DNA from: an uncultured delta proteobacterium | Lineage (GTDB): Bacteria; Desulfobacterota; Binatia; DP-6 | Assembly: GCA_963815115.1 (NCBI GenBank) | Contig: CAWFFN010000012.1 | Location: 128,001-192,000 of the forward strand | DNA: 64,000 nucleotides | Direction of reading: 5' to 3' | Shown here: positions 13,337 to 21,344 of the stretch, one piece after another | Layout: each line of letters opens with the position of its first letter | Numbering within the stretch: position 1 is the first letter of the stretch | Made by a program: the position numbers and the translations under genes | Notes under the pieces: generated by a model | What the model was told of the DNA's origin: nothing | Databases searched by the model: none | What the model saw: the letters and a program-made list of their open reading frames with translations, nothing else

Positions 13337-15865
13337 GTGGACGACGATGATCCCCCTCTCTCCCTGCCGCCTCTCGGGCGCCGCGCGATGCCACCGGCAG
13401 CGACAGTCGGGGCGGCGGACGAAGCCCATTCGACGATCGCGTTGACGCCGCACCGAGGCCGCCCGTACGACTTCGCTCATGAAGCACCTCACGGCCCCCG
13501 GAGGGGTCGCCTGACCGCCTTCCGCCGCTGGGGCGATGTCGTGGTCCGCCATCCGCTCCCGCTCTGCCTGGGCGTGCTCGCCGTCACCGCGGTCCTCGGG
13601 CTGGGCGCGCTTCGCCTGCGCCTGAGCATCCGCGAGGAGGATCAGCTTCCGCAGGGCCACCCCTACGTTCGGATCTACAACCGCATCAACGAGACCTTCG
13701 GAGGCGGCGCGGCCGTCGTCGTCGGCGTCATCCCGCATGGCGGAGACGTCTTCACGCCGGCGACGCTGGCCAAGGTGGCGCGCATCACGGCCGGGCTCGA
13801 GGCCCTGCCCGAGCTCGCCGGGCGGGGATCCGTGTGGAGCCTCGCTTCCGAGCGCGCCAAGCGTCTCGGGATGCAGGATGGTGACCTCGACGTCCGCCCG
13901 CTGATGCCGTCGGTGCCGACCGACGCCGACGGCATCGCGCGCCTGCGCGAGGACGTCTTCGCCGATCGCCGCTTCGTCGGGACCCTGGTGTCCGCCGATG
14001 GCGGTGCGGCGGCGGTGGTCGCGGACTTCCCCACCGCCGCGCAGGGACCCGCGCTGCAGCGGAAGCTGGAAGCGATCGTGGGGCGGGAGCGTGACGCGGA
14101 CACCGACGTCGTCCTCGCCGGGGGGCCCGTCATCGTCGCGGCGCTCGACCGAGCCGCGGCGCAGATGGCGATCCTCTTTCCCATCGCGGTCCTCGTCATC
14201 GCCATGGTGCACTACGAGGCCTTCCGTACCGTGCAGGCCATGGTGCTGCCGCTGGTCACCGCGCTCCTGAGCGTGGCCTGCGCGCTCGGCTTCATGGGCT
14301 GGCTCGGCCTGCCGCTCGACACCTGGAGCGCCGTCACGCCGGTGGCGATCCTGGCCGTGGCGGCCGGTCATGCCGTGCAGATCCTCAAGCGCTACTACGA
14401 GGAGTACGCCCGGCTGGGCGACAACCGTGCGGCCATCGTGTCGTCGATCGCTCGCGTCGGGCCGGTGATGGTCACGGCCGGCCTGATCGCCGCCGCGGGC
14501 TTCGCCTCGCTCGCCACCTTCGAGGTGAACAGCATCCGCGTCTTCGGCCTCCTGATGGCGGCCGGTATCGTCAGCGCACTCGCCATCGAGATGACGTTCA
14601 TCCCGGCGGTGCGAGCCCTGATGTCTCCCCCGCGCGCCGCTGCGGGCCACGGAGAGGCCGACGGTCGCTGGCTCACGACGGCGCTGCGCCGCATCGCCGG
14701 GATCGTGCTGCGACGGCCGCGTACCGTCCTCGTCGCCGCGGTGCTTCTGCTCGCCGTCGCCCTGCCCGGAGCCCGGCACCTGCGCGTCGACAACAGCTTC
14801 CGCGGGCTGTTCCCGGTGAGTGGCACGATCCGGCGCGACGACGCGGTCATCAACGCCCGCCTGGCGGGCACGTCCACCCTGCGTTTGCTGGTGGAAGGCG
14901 ACTCCGACGGGGTGCTGGAAGAGCCCGAGGTCCTGCGTGCCGTCGACGACCTGCAGGGTTTCCTCGAGCGTTTCCCGGAGGTGGGACGGACGGTGTCGGT
15001 CGTGGACTATTTGAAGCAGATGGACCGGGTCATGCGCGGGACGGACGGGATGGGCGCCGCGGTGCCGGCCACGCGACGCCTCGTGGGACAGTATCTCTTC
15101 CTCTACTCGCTCTCCGGCCCGGACGATCTGAGCGGCCTGGTCGACGCCGGCTATCGCCGTGGCGCGATCCTCGCGTACACCAAATCGGACGAGACGGCCT
15201 TCGCCGAGCGCTTGTTCGCCCAGACGAGCGCCTTCGCGGCGGCGCGCTTTCGCGGCCTACCGGTGCGGGTCGAGATCGCGGGCGGGTCGCTCGGCGCGCA
15301 GACCGCGCTCAACGACGTCGTGGTGCGGGAGAAGATCCGCAACATCGTCCAGGTGGCGTTGATCATCTTCCTGCTCTCGGCGATCGCACTGCGCTCGCTG
15401 GTGGGTGCGGTCTTCGTGCTCGTGCCGCTCGCCGTCGCGCTCGGCATCACGGTGGGGACCATGGGGTGGACGGGCGTCTGGCTCAGCATGTCCACCTCCG
15501 CCGTGATGGCGATGGGCGTCAGCATCGGCGCCGATTTCGCCATCTACCTGATCTTCCGGCTGCGCGAGGAGCTTGCGAATGCCCCGCTCGCCGAGGGCGT
15601 GCAACGCGCGCTCGTCACCTCGGGCACGGCGATCTTCTTCGTCTCGTCGGCGGTCGCGCTCGGCTACCTCGTGCTCGCGTGCTCGGGCTTCCGGCCCTGG
15701 GTTCACCTGGGCGGGCTCACGGCGCTCATGATGGCTCTCGAGTCGCTCGCCTCGGTGACCGTCCTGCCCGCGCTGGTGATGGTGTGCCGGCCGCGTTTCG
15801 TCCGCCCCCGGGCGGGCAGCGCCGGGATCGTGGGGACGGCAGCGCCGGTGTCCTTCGTCACCTGA
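13337..15865 (+). CDS. MMPL/RND family lipid transporter
   Basis: Two repeats of large periplasmic loop plus TM bundle; GVSIGADFAIYLIFRLREE motif; start uncertain. Confidence 0.9.
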   Translation: MDDDDPPLSLPPLGRRAMPPAATVGAADEAHSTIALTPHRGRPYDFAHEAPHGPRRGRLTAFRRWGDVVVRHPLPLCLGVLAVTAVLGLGALRLRLSIREEDQLPQGHPYVRIYNRINETFGGGAAVVVGVIPHGGDVFTPATLAKVARITAGLEALPELAGRGSVWSLASERAKRLGMQDGDLDVRPLMPSVPTDADGIARLREDVFADRRFVGTLVSADGGAAAVVADFPTAAQGPALQRKLEAIVGRERDADTDVVLAGGPVIVAALDRAAAQMAILFPIAVLVIAMVHYEAFRTVQAMVLPLVTALLSVACALGFMGWLGLPLDTWSAVTPVAILAVAAGHAVQILKRYYEEYARLGDNRAAIVSSIARVGPVMVTAGLIAAAGFASLATFEVNSIRVFGLLMAAGIVSALAIEMTFIPAVRALMSPPRAAAGHGEADGRWLTTALRRIAGIVLRRPRTVLVAAVLLLAVALPGARHLRVDNSFRGLFPVSGTIRRDDAVINARLAGTSTLRLLVEGDSDGVLEEPEVLRAVDDLQGFLERFPEVGRTVSVVDYLKQMDRVMRGTDGMGAAVPATRRLVGQYLFLYSLSGPDDLSGLVDAGYRRGAILAYTKSDETAFAERLFAQTSAFAAARFRGLPVRVEIAGGSLGAQTALNDVVVREKIRNIVQVALIIFLLSAIALRSLVGAVFVLVPLAVALGITVGTMGWTGVWLSMSTSAVMAMGVSIGADFAIYLIFRLREELANAPLAEGVQRALVTSGTAIFFVSSAVALGYLVLACSGFRPWVHLGGLTALMMALESLASVTVLPALVMVCRPRFVRPRAGSAGIVGTAAPVSFVT

Positions 15866-15907
15866 AGGGTTCGTCGTGATCTGGCGAAGTCGATATGCGA
15901 TTGCCCG

Positions 15908-17452
15908 ATGGGGGGAGCGGTGACGAACCCGCTCGGCCTGCTCGCAGGCGTTCTCTGTGGCTTGGCCGCGGGCGGCTCCAGCGCGCAATGCCCCGTGCTC
16001 GCGCCCGTGACGAGCCTCGTGCCCGCGCAACGCGGTCCGGCGTGCGCGGCGGCGTGGGAGGTGAGCGGGACGTCGTTGGCCGGAAGGCGGCCCAGCGCAG
16101 CGTGGCGGCTCGTCTGCGAGGATGGGGACCCCTTCTGCGACACCGACGGGGTCGCGAATGGCGCGTGCCGCCTCGCGGTGAACGTGTGCGTAGAGCAGTC
16201 GCTCGAGGGCTGCACGTCGGCGGGGGTCCGGTCCCTGCGCATTCCACCAGCCATCCGCCGACGGCTGGCGGGGCTCGTGCTGCCGGCCGTGCCGCCGGCC
16301 GGTCCGGCGTGCGGGACGGCCGGGACGCTGACGGTCCCGATACGATCTCGACCGGGGCGCCGGATGGCCGATGTGACGCTGGGGATGAAGTTCCGATCGA
16401 GCGCGGGCAACGGGCGCAACCTCATGAACGTGAAGTGCTTGCCTGCCGCCGCGGCGGTTTGCCCGTCGCGCGGGGCGCCGGGCCTGCCCAACGTCGTTCG
16501 TCTCGGGATCGCCGCGACCGGGAGCGATCTCGACCTGGGACTCCCGCCGAATCACGCGAGCGCCGCCCTTCCTGGTGGCGCGGCGCTCGCCTTCTGCGTT
16601 TCCGGGTGTGATGCCTCGACACGCCCGCGCTGCTCCGGCGTCGGAACGGCCGGATCCGGAACGCTGAACGGAGCCACCTTCGGTCCCCCGCAGCCGATCG
16701 TCGGGCCTGGCGTCGGGCTGTGCCTGGTTCACCGCTACGCGTGCCCGCTCATCACCGGAACGTTCGATCTCGACACCGGCGGGGCGGAGATCATGCTGAG
16801 CCTCGCGTCGGACGTCTACCTGAGCGGCGACACTGCCGAGCCCTGCCCTCGTTGCGAGTCGGAGCGGGGTGTCGGTTCCATCGGACATTGCTCGTCCTCG
16901 GCGCAGTTGCCCGGGGCGTCTTGCCGGGTGGAGGCACAGGAGGCAGTCCCTGGCCAGGCGGCCGCCGGGAACTACAAGCTGTCCAGCGCGTGTCCCCCCG
17001 CAGGGGTGCCGAACATGACCCTCGCCCTCGACGTCCCCCTGACCACCGGCGCATCCAGCCTGCCGGTCGGTCCACGTCCTTGCCCGGAGCAGACGGTCGA
17101 CATCGGGTGCGGCGGCGGCTCCTGCAACGCCGCGTGCACCGGGAGCGCGTGCGTCGCGCTCGACGCGGAGGGCCGCTGCGTCACCGCCAGCGGCGGGATA
17201 GGGCAGGAGTGCTGCTCAAACGCCACGGCAACCGAGTGTTTTCCTGCCGACCGGGCGATCACGCGGACCGGCGTTCCGGCGGTTCCGCAGCCTGCCTGGC
17301 CGGCTCCGGCCGATCAGCGCACGGCGACGGGTATGGTTCTCGCCGGGACCTTCTGCGCGAGGTCGACCGGGTTGCCCCTCTTCCCCGGCGCTCCGAACCC
17401 CGCCGGACCCGGCACTCTCACCCTTCCAGTCGAGTCACTCATCGTCCAGTGA
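15908..17452 (+). CDS. Secreted Cys-rich hypothetical protein
   Basis: Signal peptide, CEDGDPFCDTDGVANGAC module, PCPRC and many further Cys. Confidence 0.75.
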   Translation: MGGAVTNPLGLLAGVLCGLAAGGSSAQCPVLAPVTSLVPAQRGPACAAAWEVSGTSLAGRRPSAAWRLVCEDGDPFCDTDGVANGACRLAVNVCVEQSLEGCTSAGVRSLRIPPAIRRRLAGLVLPAVPPAGPACGTAGTLTVPIRSRPGRRMADVTLGMKFRSSAGNGRNLMNVKCLPAAAAVCPSRGAPGLPNVVRLGIAATGSDLDLGLPPNHASAALPGGAALAFCVSGCDASTRPRCSGVGTAGSGTLNGATFGPPQPIVGPGVGLCLVHRYACPLITGTFDLDTGGAEIMLSLASDVYLSGDTAEPCPRCESERGVGSIGHCSSSAQLPGASCRVEAQEAVPGQAAAGNYKLSSACPPAGVPNMTLALDVPLTTGASSLPVGPRPCPEQTVDIGCGGGSCNAACTGSACVALDAEGRCVTASGGIGQECCSNATATECFPADRAITRTGVPAVPQPAWPAPADQRTATGMVLAGTFCARSTGLPLFPGAPNPAGPGTLTLPVESLIVQ

Positions 17453-17462
17453 GCCGCCCGAC

Positions 17463-18617
17463 CTAGCCGATTGCGAAGTGCCGGGCCGCGTTCCCTCCCA
17501 GGTACGCGCCGACGGTCGGCTGCGCCACCTGGTGCTTCGCCAGCATCGCCCGCGTCTCCTCCAGGGTGCCGGTGTCGTGCCGCGGATAGCGTGACCCCCA
17601 TGCCGCGACCTCGCCGAAGACGTCCGGCATGCGCGCGACCGGCTCCTCCCAGGCGTCGAAGCTGAGCAGCGATGGCCGGGCGAAGAAGACGTCCTCGGGC
17701 TCGAGGCTGACGTCGCGAATGCCGGAGAAGAGCCACAGGTAGGTCTCCGACTTCTCCAGCGTCAGCGGCACCCAGCTCGCGCCGGCGCCGACGAAGGCGA
17801 GGCGCAGCCGCGGGAAGCGCTCGAGGTGGCCGTAGAAGCACATGGCCGTCAGCAGCGTCGCGCTGTCCATGAACGGCGCGACCGCCTCGGCGATGCCGTG
17901 TCCGATGCGCAGGTTCCCGGCGACGCGCTCCACGAACGGCCCCGAGGCGGTCCACTCGGGATTGGTGCTGCCGGGAGACGGCAGCACGCAGGCCGCGACG
18001 TCGAGGGCCTCCAGCCGTTCCCACACCGCATCGTACGAGGGATGGTTGGGGTAGCGGCCCTGGAAGAACGACGGTCGAACGACGACGACGCGGACACCGA
18101 GCTCGAGGACGCGATCGAGCTCGCGCAGCGCGAACGTGGGCGCCTGCATGGGGAGCACGGCCACGGGCACCAGGCGGCGGCGGGCGGCGGACGTGAAGTC
18201 GAGGAGCCAGTCATTGTAGGCGCGCGCCAGGGCCCACGCGACGTCGGGGTTCTCGACCAGCGGGAAGTGCTCTCCGAAGAGCGTCGGGAAGAGCAGCGCG
18301 CGATCCACCCCCATCGCGTCCATGTCGCCGATCCGGGCGACGGGATCGAACGAGCCCGGCGTGATGGCGTGGCGCACGTCGGGGTCGAGGGCGCCGACGT
18401 CGTCGGGCGTCATGCCCGGTAGCCAGCAGGCATGCCGGTTGATGCCGCTCCGCCGCAGGGAGCGGACCGGCCGGCCGTTCAGGATCGTGGTCTCGATGCC
18501 GTGCGCATCCACGTCGTGCCAGAAGGCGCTGCGAGCGGCGATGCGGTAGTCCTTGTCGAGAAAGCGGTCCCAGATCGCCGCCGGCTCGTAGACGTGACTC
18601 TGGACGTCGATGATCAT
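17463..18617 (-). CDS. Amidohydrolase (Amidohydro_2) family protein with degenerate metal/catalytic motifs
   Basis: Fold hallmarks (DMDAMGVDRALLFPT, ARAYNDWL, FPRLR, LGGNAARHF) but IDVQSH, ACVLP, FVGAG and WGSRYPRHD at ligand positions. Confidence 0.85.
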   Translation of the reverse strand: MIIDVQSHVYEPAAIWDRFLDKDYRIAARSAFWHDVDAHGIETTILNGRPVRSLRRSGINRHACWLPGMTPDDVGALDPDVRHAITPGSFDPVARIGDMDAMGVDRALLFPTLFGEHFPLVENPDVAWALARAYNDWLLDFTSAARRRLVPVAVLPMQAPTFALRELDRVLELGVRVVVVRPSFFQGRYPNHPSYDAVWERLEALDVAACVLPSPGSTNPEWTASGPFVERVAGNLRIGHGIAEAVAPFMDSATLLTAMCFYGHLERFPRLRLAFVGAGASWVPLTLEKSETYLWLFSGIRDVSLEPEDVFFARPSLLSFDAWEEPVARMPDVFGEVAAWGSRYPRHDTGTLEETRAMLAKHQVAQPTVGAYLGGNAARHFAIG

Positions 18618-18627
18618 CGCTCCGTCC

Positions 18628-20064
18628 TCAGTAGGGTCGCAGGGCCTGGAGCAGGAGGCGCGGGTCGAGCTTCGCCAGCTCGAAGCTGGTGATCCCGTGT
18701 GCGCGCGGATCGGCCTCGACGGCGGCCCACTGCTCGAGCTCGTCGCCGCGCGGGAACCAGTCCGGCCGCTCGAGCGGAGCGGGCTCGCGCTCGACGAAGA
18801 GCTTCCCCTCGATGCCGTACATGCGGCGCGCGTTGCCGCCGAGCAGCTTCGCCTGCACCGCCTCCGGCACGCCGACCGCGCGCATCTCGCGCATGGCGCT
18901 CCAGGAGTCGGCGCCGTCGTGGTGATAGGCGTCGCTCGACCACAGCCCGACGTCCTCGAAGAAATCCCACTGGCGGAATGTCGCCGTCTCGTCCGACTCG
19001 AAAGCGATGAAGCACTGCGCCCGGAAGGCCTCGGACGGCAGGCGGTCGGTCTTCAGCGCGCGCTCGCTGGCATGGCAGCGGAAGAGCCGGTCCCAGTGCG
19101 GCAGGAGCTGCGGCAGCCAGCTCGAGTTCGACTCGAAGATGGCCATGCGGAGCTTCGGGTAGAGGTCGAGCATGCCGGAGAGCAGCACCTGCGAGAGCCA
19201 CACGACGGCCTCGTAGATGAAGCTCATGGTCTGGACGTCGACCATGCGCCCGCCGACGTGCCCCTGACCGGCACGGCCGACGAGATCGCCCGGCGACACC
19301 ATCGGGATCCCCGGCACGGCGTCGCGCAGCGCGAGCCCGTCCTCGGGCATCATCGCGGGGAAGGTGTGCATGCCGAGCACGAGCCCGGTGTCCTCCATGG
19401 TCCGGAAGACGCGGTCCATGGTCGCCGTCGGCGAGCCGGTCGTCATGCTCGGGAAGATGAAGTTGGGATACTTGCCGCGGGCGTCGATGGGTCGGATGAG
19501 CGCGACGCGGAAACCGAGCCCGGCGATGCGTTCCATCTCCCGGCACGTGAACGCGGGGCTCTGCAGCGGCAGCCATCCGGCAGGGAAGAGCCGGTCGGGA
19601 GCCGCCTTGCAGAAATCGCTCACCCAGTCGTTGTAGGCGCGAGCAAAGGCGTTCGCCGCGTCGACGTTCTCCACGAACGGGAAGTTGGCGACCATCATCG
19701 TGGGGATGATCATCACCTGGTCGATCCCCATGAGATCCATGTCACGCAGGCGTGCGTGCGGGTCGTAGGCGCCGCGGTGCTCCACGTAGCCGCGCTGCTC
19801 GCCGGTGAGGGGCGACTGCTGGAGGCGGCGCATCACCTTCTTGTTCATCTGCGGGCCGGCGATGCAGATCGGGTTGTAGCCCGGGAAGTCGTACGCGCCG
19901 CCGCCGATGGTGATGGTGCGTCCGTTCAGCACCGCCTGCCGGTCGTCCTTCCAGTAGGACTGCCGCACCAGATCGCGCTGCGCCGGATCGAGGTACTCCG
20001 TCCAGATGGTGTCCGGGTCGTTGATGTGCGCGTCGCAATCGAAGACGGGGAACGTCTTCGTCAT
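18628..20064 (-). CDS. Amidohydrolase (Amidohydro_2) family protein
   Basis: FDCDAH, DMDLMGID, ARAYNDW, LGMH, IFESNSSW, WSSDAYHHD, LGGNARRMY; start at 20064 or slightly upstream. Confidence 0.9.
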   Translation of the reverse strand: MTKTFPVFDCDAHINDPDTIWTEYLDPAQRDLVRQSYWKDDRQAVLNGRTITIGGGAYDFPGYNPICIAGPQMNKKVMRRLQQSPLTGEQRGYVEHRGAYDPHARLRDMDLMGIDQVMIIPTMMVANFPFVENVDAANAFARAYNDWVSDFCKAAPDRLFPAGWLPLQSPAFTCREMERIAGLGFRVALIRPIDARGKYPNFIFPSMTTGSPTATMDRVFRTMEDTGLVLGMHTFPAMMPEDGLALRDAVPGIPMVSPGDLVGRAGQGHVGGRMVDVQTMSFIYEAVVWLSQVLLSGMLDLYPKLRMAIFESNSSWLPQLLPHWDRLFRCHASERALKTDRLPSEAFRAQCFIAFESDETATFRQWDFFEDVGLWSSDAYHHDGADSWSAMREMRAVGVPEAVQAKLLGGNARRMYGIEGKLFVEREPAPLERPDWFPRGDELEQWAAVEADPRAHGITSFELAKLDPRLLLQALRPY

Positions 20065-20171
20065 CGGCTCATGACCGTTGCCGTCGTGCATGGCTCCTCC
20101 ACTCGCAGAGCGCACGCTAGTGCCGGCTCAGGCTCGCGGTCAAGGAGGGGCGGCGGCTCGGTCGCTCCCCG

Positions 20172-20459
20172 GTGGCCTCGCTGGCGACGGCCTGCTACCC
20201 GGGAGGCGTGCCCACTGCGCAGGGACCCGGGCCGCTCGCGCCGGTTCACCGCATCACCATCATCACGGCGTTTCTCGGCGCGCTCGCCTATCTCGGCTGG
20301 GAGCTGAACCAGCTCGTCCGGAGCCCGGACCTCGTGTCGCTCCTGCGCACGATCCTCGCGGCGGCCGCTGCCGTCGCCCTGGCCTTCTACCTGCGCAACC
20401 TGCGGGCGAGGCTCGAGGCCAAGCTGAGCCCGCCGTCCGGCGACCGTCCCGCGGTCTAG
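20172..20459 (+). CDS. Small two-TM membrane protein
   Basis: Two hydrophobic helices (ITIITAFLGALAYLGW; ILAAAAAVALAFYL); start uncertain. Confidence 0.55.
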   Translation: MASLATACYPGGVPTAQGPGPLAPVHRITIITAFLGALAYLGWELNQLVRSPDLVSLLRTILAAAAAVALAFYLRNLRARLEAKLSPPSGDRPAV

Positions 20460-20526
20460 CGGGCGTCGTGGCCTCGCGGCAACGGCGGTTTCATTTTTTT
20501 GGAGGCCATGCCAGGGTTGGCGGCCC

Positions 20527-21339
20527 ATGAAAGCCCTCGCCGTCCTTGCCGCTGCGTGCGCGCTCGCCGCGCCGGCCGCCGCCAAGACGATCAGCATCAC
20601 GATCTCGCAGGCGGTGGAGCTGAAGGGCGACAAGCTCGCCGTGGGCCTCAAGGTGGGGAACTCCGGCGACGAGGCGGCGCTGTCCGTGACCCCGTCGCTG
20701 CGGTTCGGCGATCAGGTGGTGCGCGGCAAGGGCAAGGCGAGCCTCGAGCCCGGTGGATCGCTGGACGAAACGCTCGTCCTCCCGGTCGGGACACTCGGCG
20801 AGGGCCGCTGGCCGTACCGGATCGCCGTCGACTACACCGACCAGAACCAGTACCCGTTCCAGGCGCTGCAGACGCAGTCCGTGGTGGTGGGGAATCCGCC
20901 GCCGGCGAAGGTCGCGGTGCCCGTCGTCAAGAGCGAGGACCTCGCGGGCAACGGCGACCTGTCGGTCACCGTGAAGAACCTCACCGCCGACCCGCACACC
21001 GCTCGCGTCTCGGTCTACGTGCCGGAAGGGCTCGAGGCCACGGACCCCACTCGCGAGGTGAGCCTCGAGGGCTGGAAGCAGGCCGACCTCTCGATTCCGC
21101 TCACCAACCGGACCGCCCTGGCGGGCAGCCGCTACCCCGTCTTCGTCACGGCGGAGTACGACGATGGGCCCGTGCACCAGGCGGTGGTGGCTCAGGGTCT
21201 CGTCTCGGTGGTGGCGGCCGAGTCCTTCTTCACGAGGAACGGCCGGCTGCTGTGGATCGGCGCCGGCGCGCTGATCGTCCTGTGGCTCGGACTCCTGGTG
21301 AGGCGCGGCGTCGGTCGATCGGCCGGCGCACGTACCTGA
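20527..21339 (+). CDS. Exported beta-sandwich (Ig-like) protein with C-terminal TM anchor
   Basis: Signal peptide MKALAVLAAACALAAPAAA, two beta-rich repeats, C-terminal TM followed by RR. Confidence 0.75.
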   Translation: MKALAVLAAACALAAPAAAKTISITISQAVELKGDKLAVGLKVGNSGDEAALSVTPSLRFGDQVVRGKGKASLEPGGSLDETLVLPVGTLGEGRWPYRIAVDYTDQNQYPFQALQTQSVVVGNPPPAKVAVPVVKSEDLAGNGDLSVTVKNLTADPHTARVSVYVPEGLEATDPTREVSLEGWKQADLSIPLTNRTALAGSRYPVFVTAEYDDGPVHQAVVAQGLVSVVAAESFFTRNGRLLWIGAGALIVLWLGLLVRRGVGRSAGART

Positions 21340-21344
21340 GCCCC

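Noticed and set aside
20499-21344. N-terminal 282 aa of the 1163-aa ORF, and similar upstream extensions on ORFs 21545, 26191, 27429, 36613, 43508 and 48014
   Set aside because: They overlap real genes in another frame. True starts lie at ATGA/GTGA couplings or just after the upstream gene's stop, so these are not fusions.
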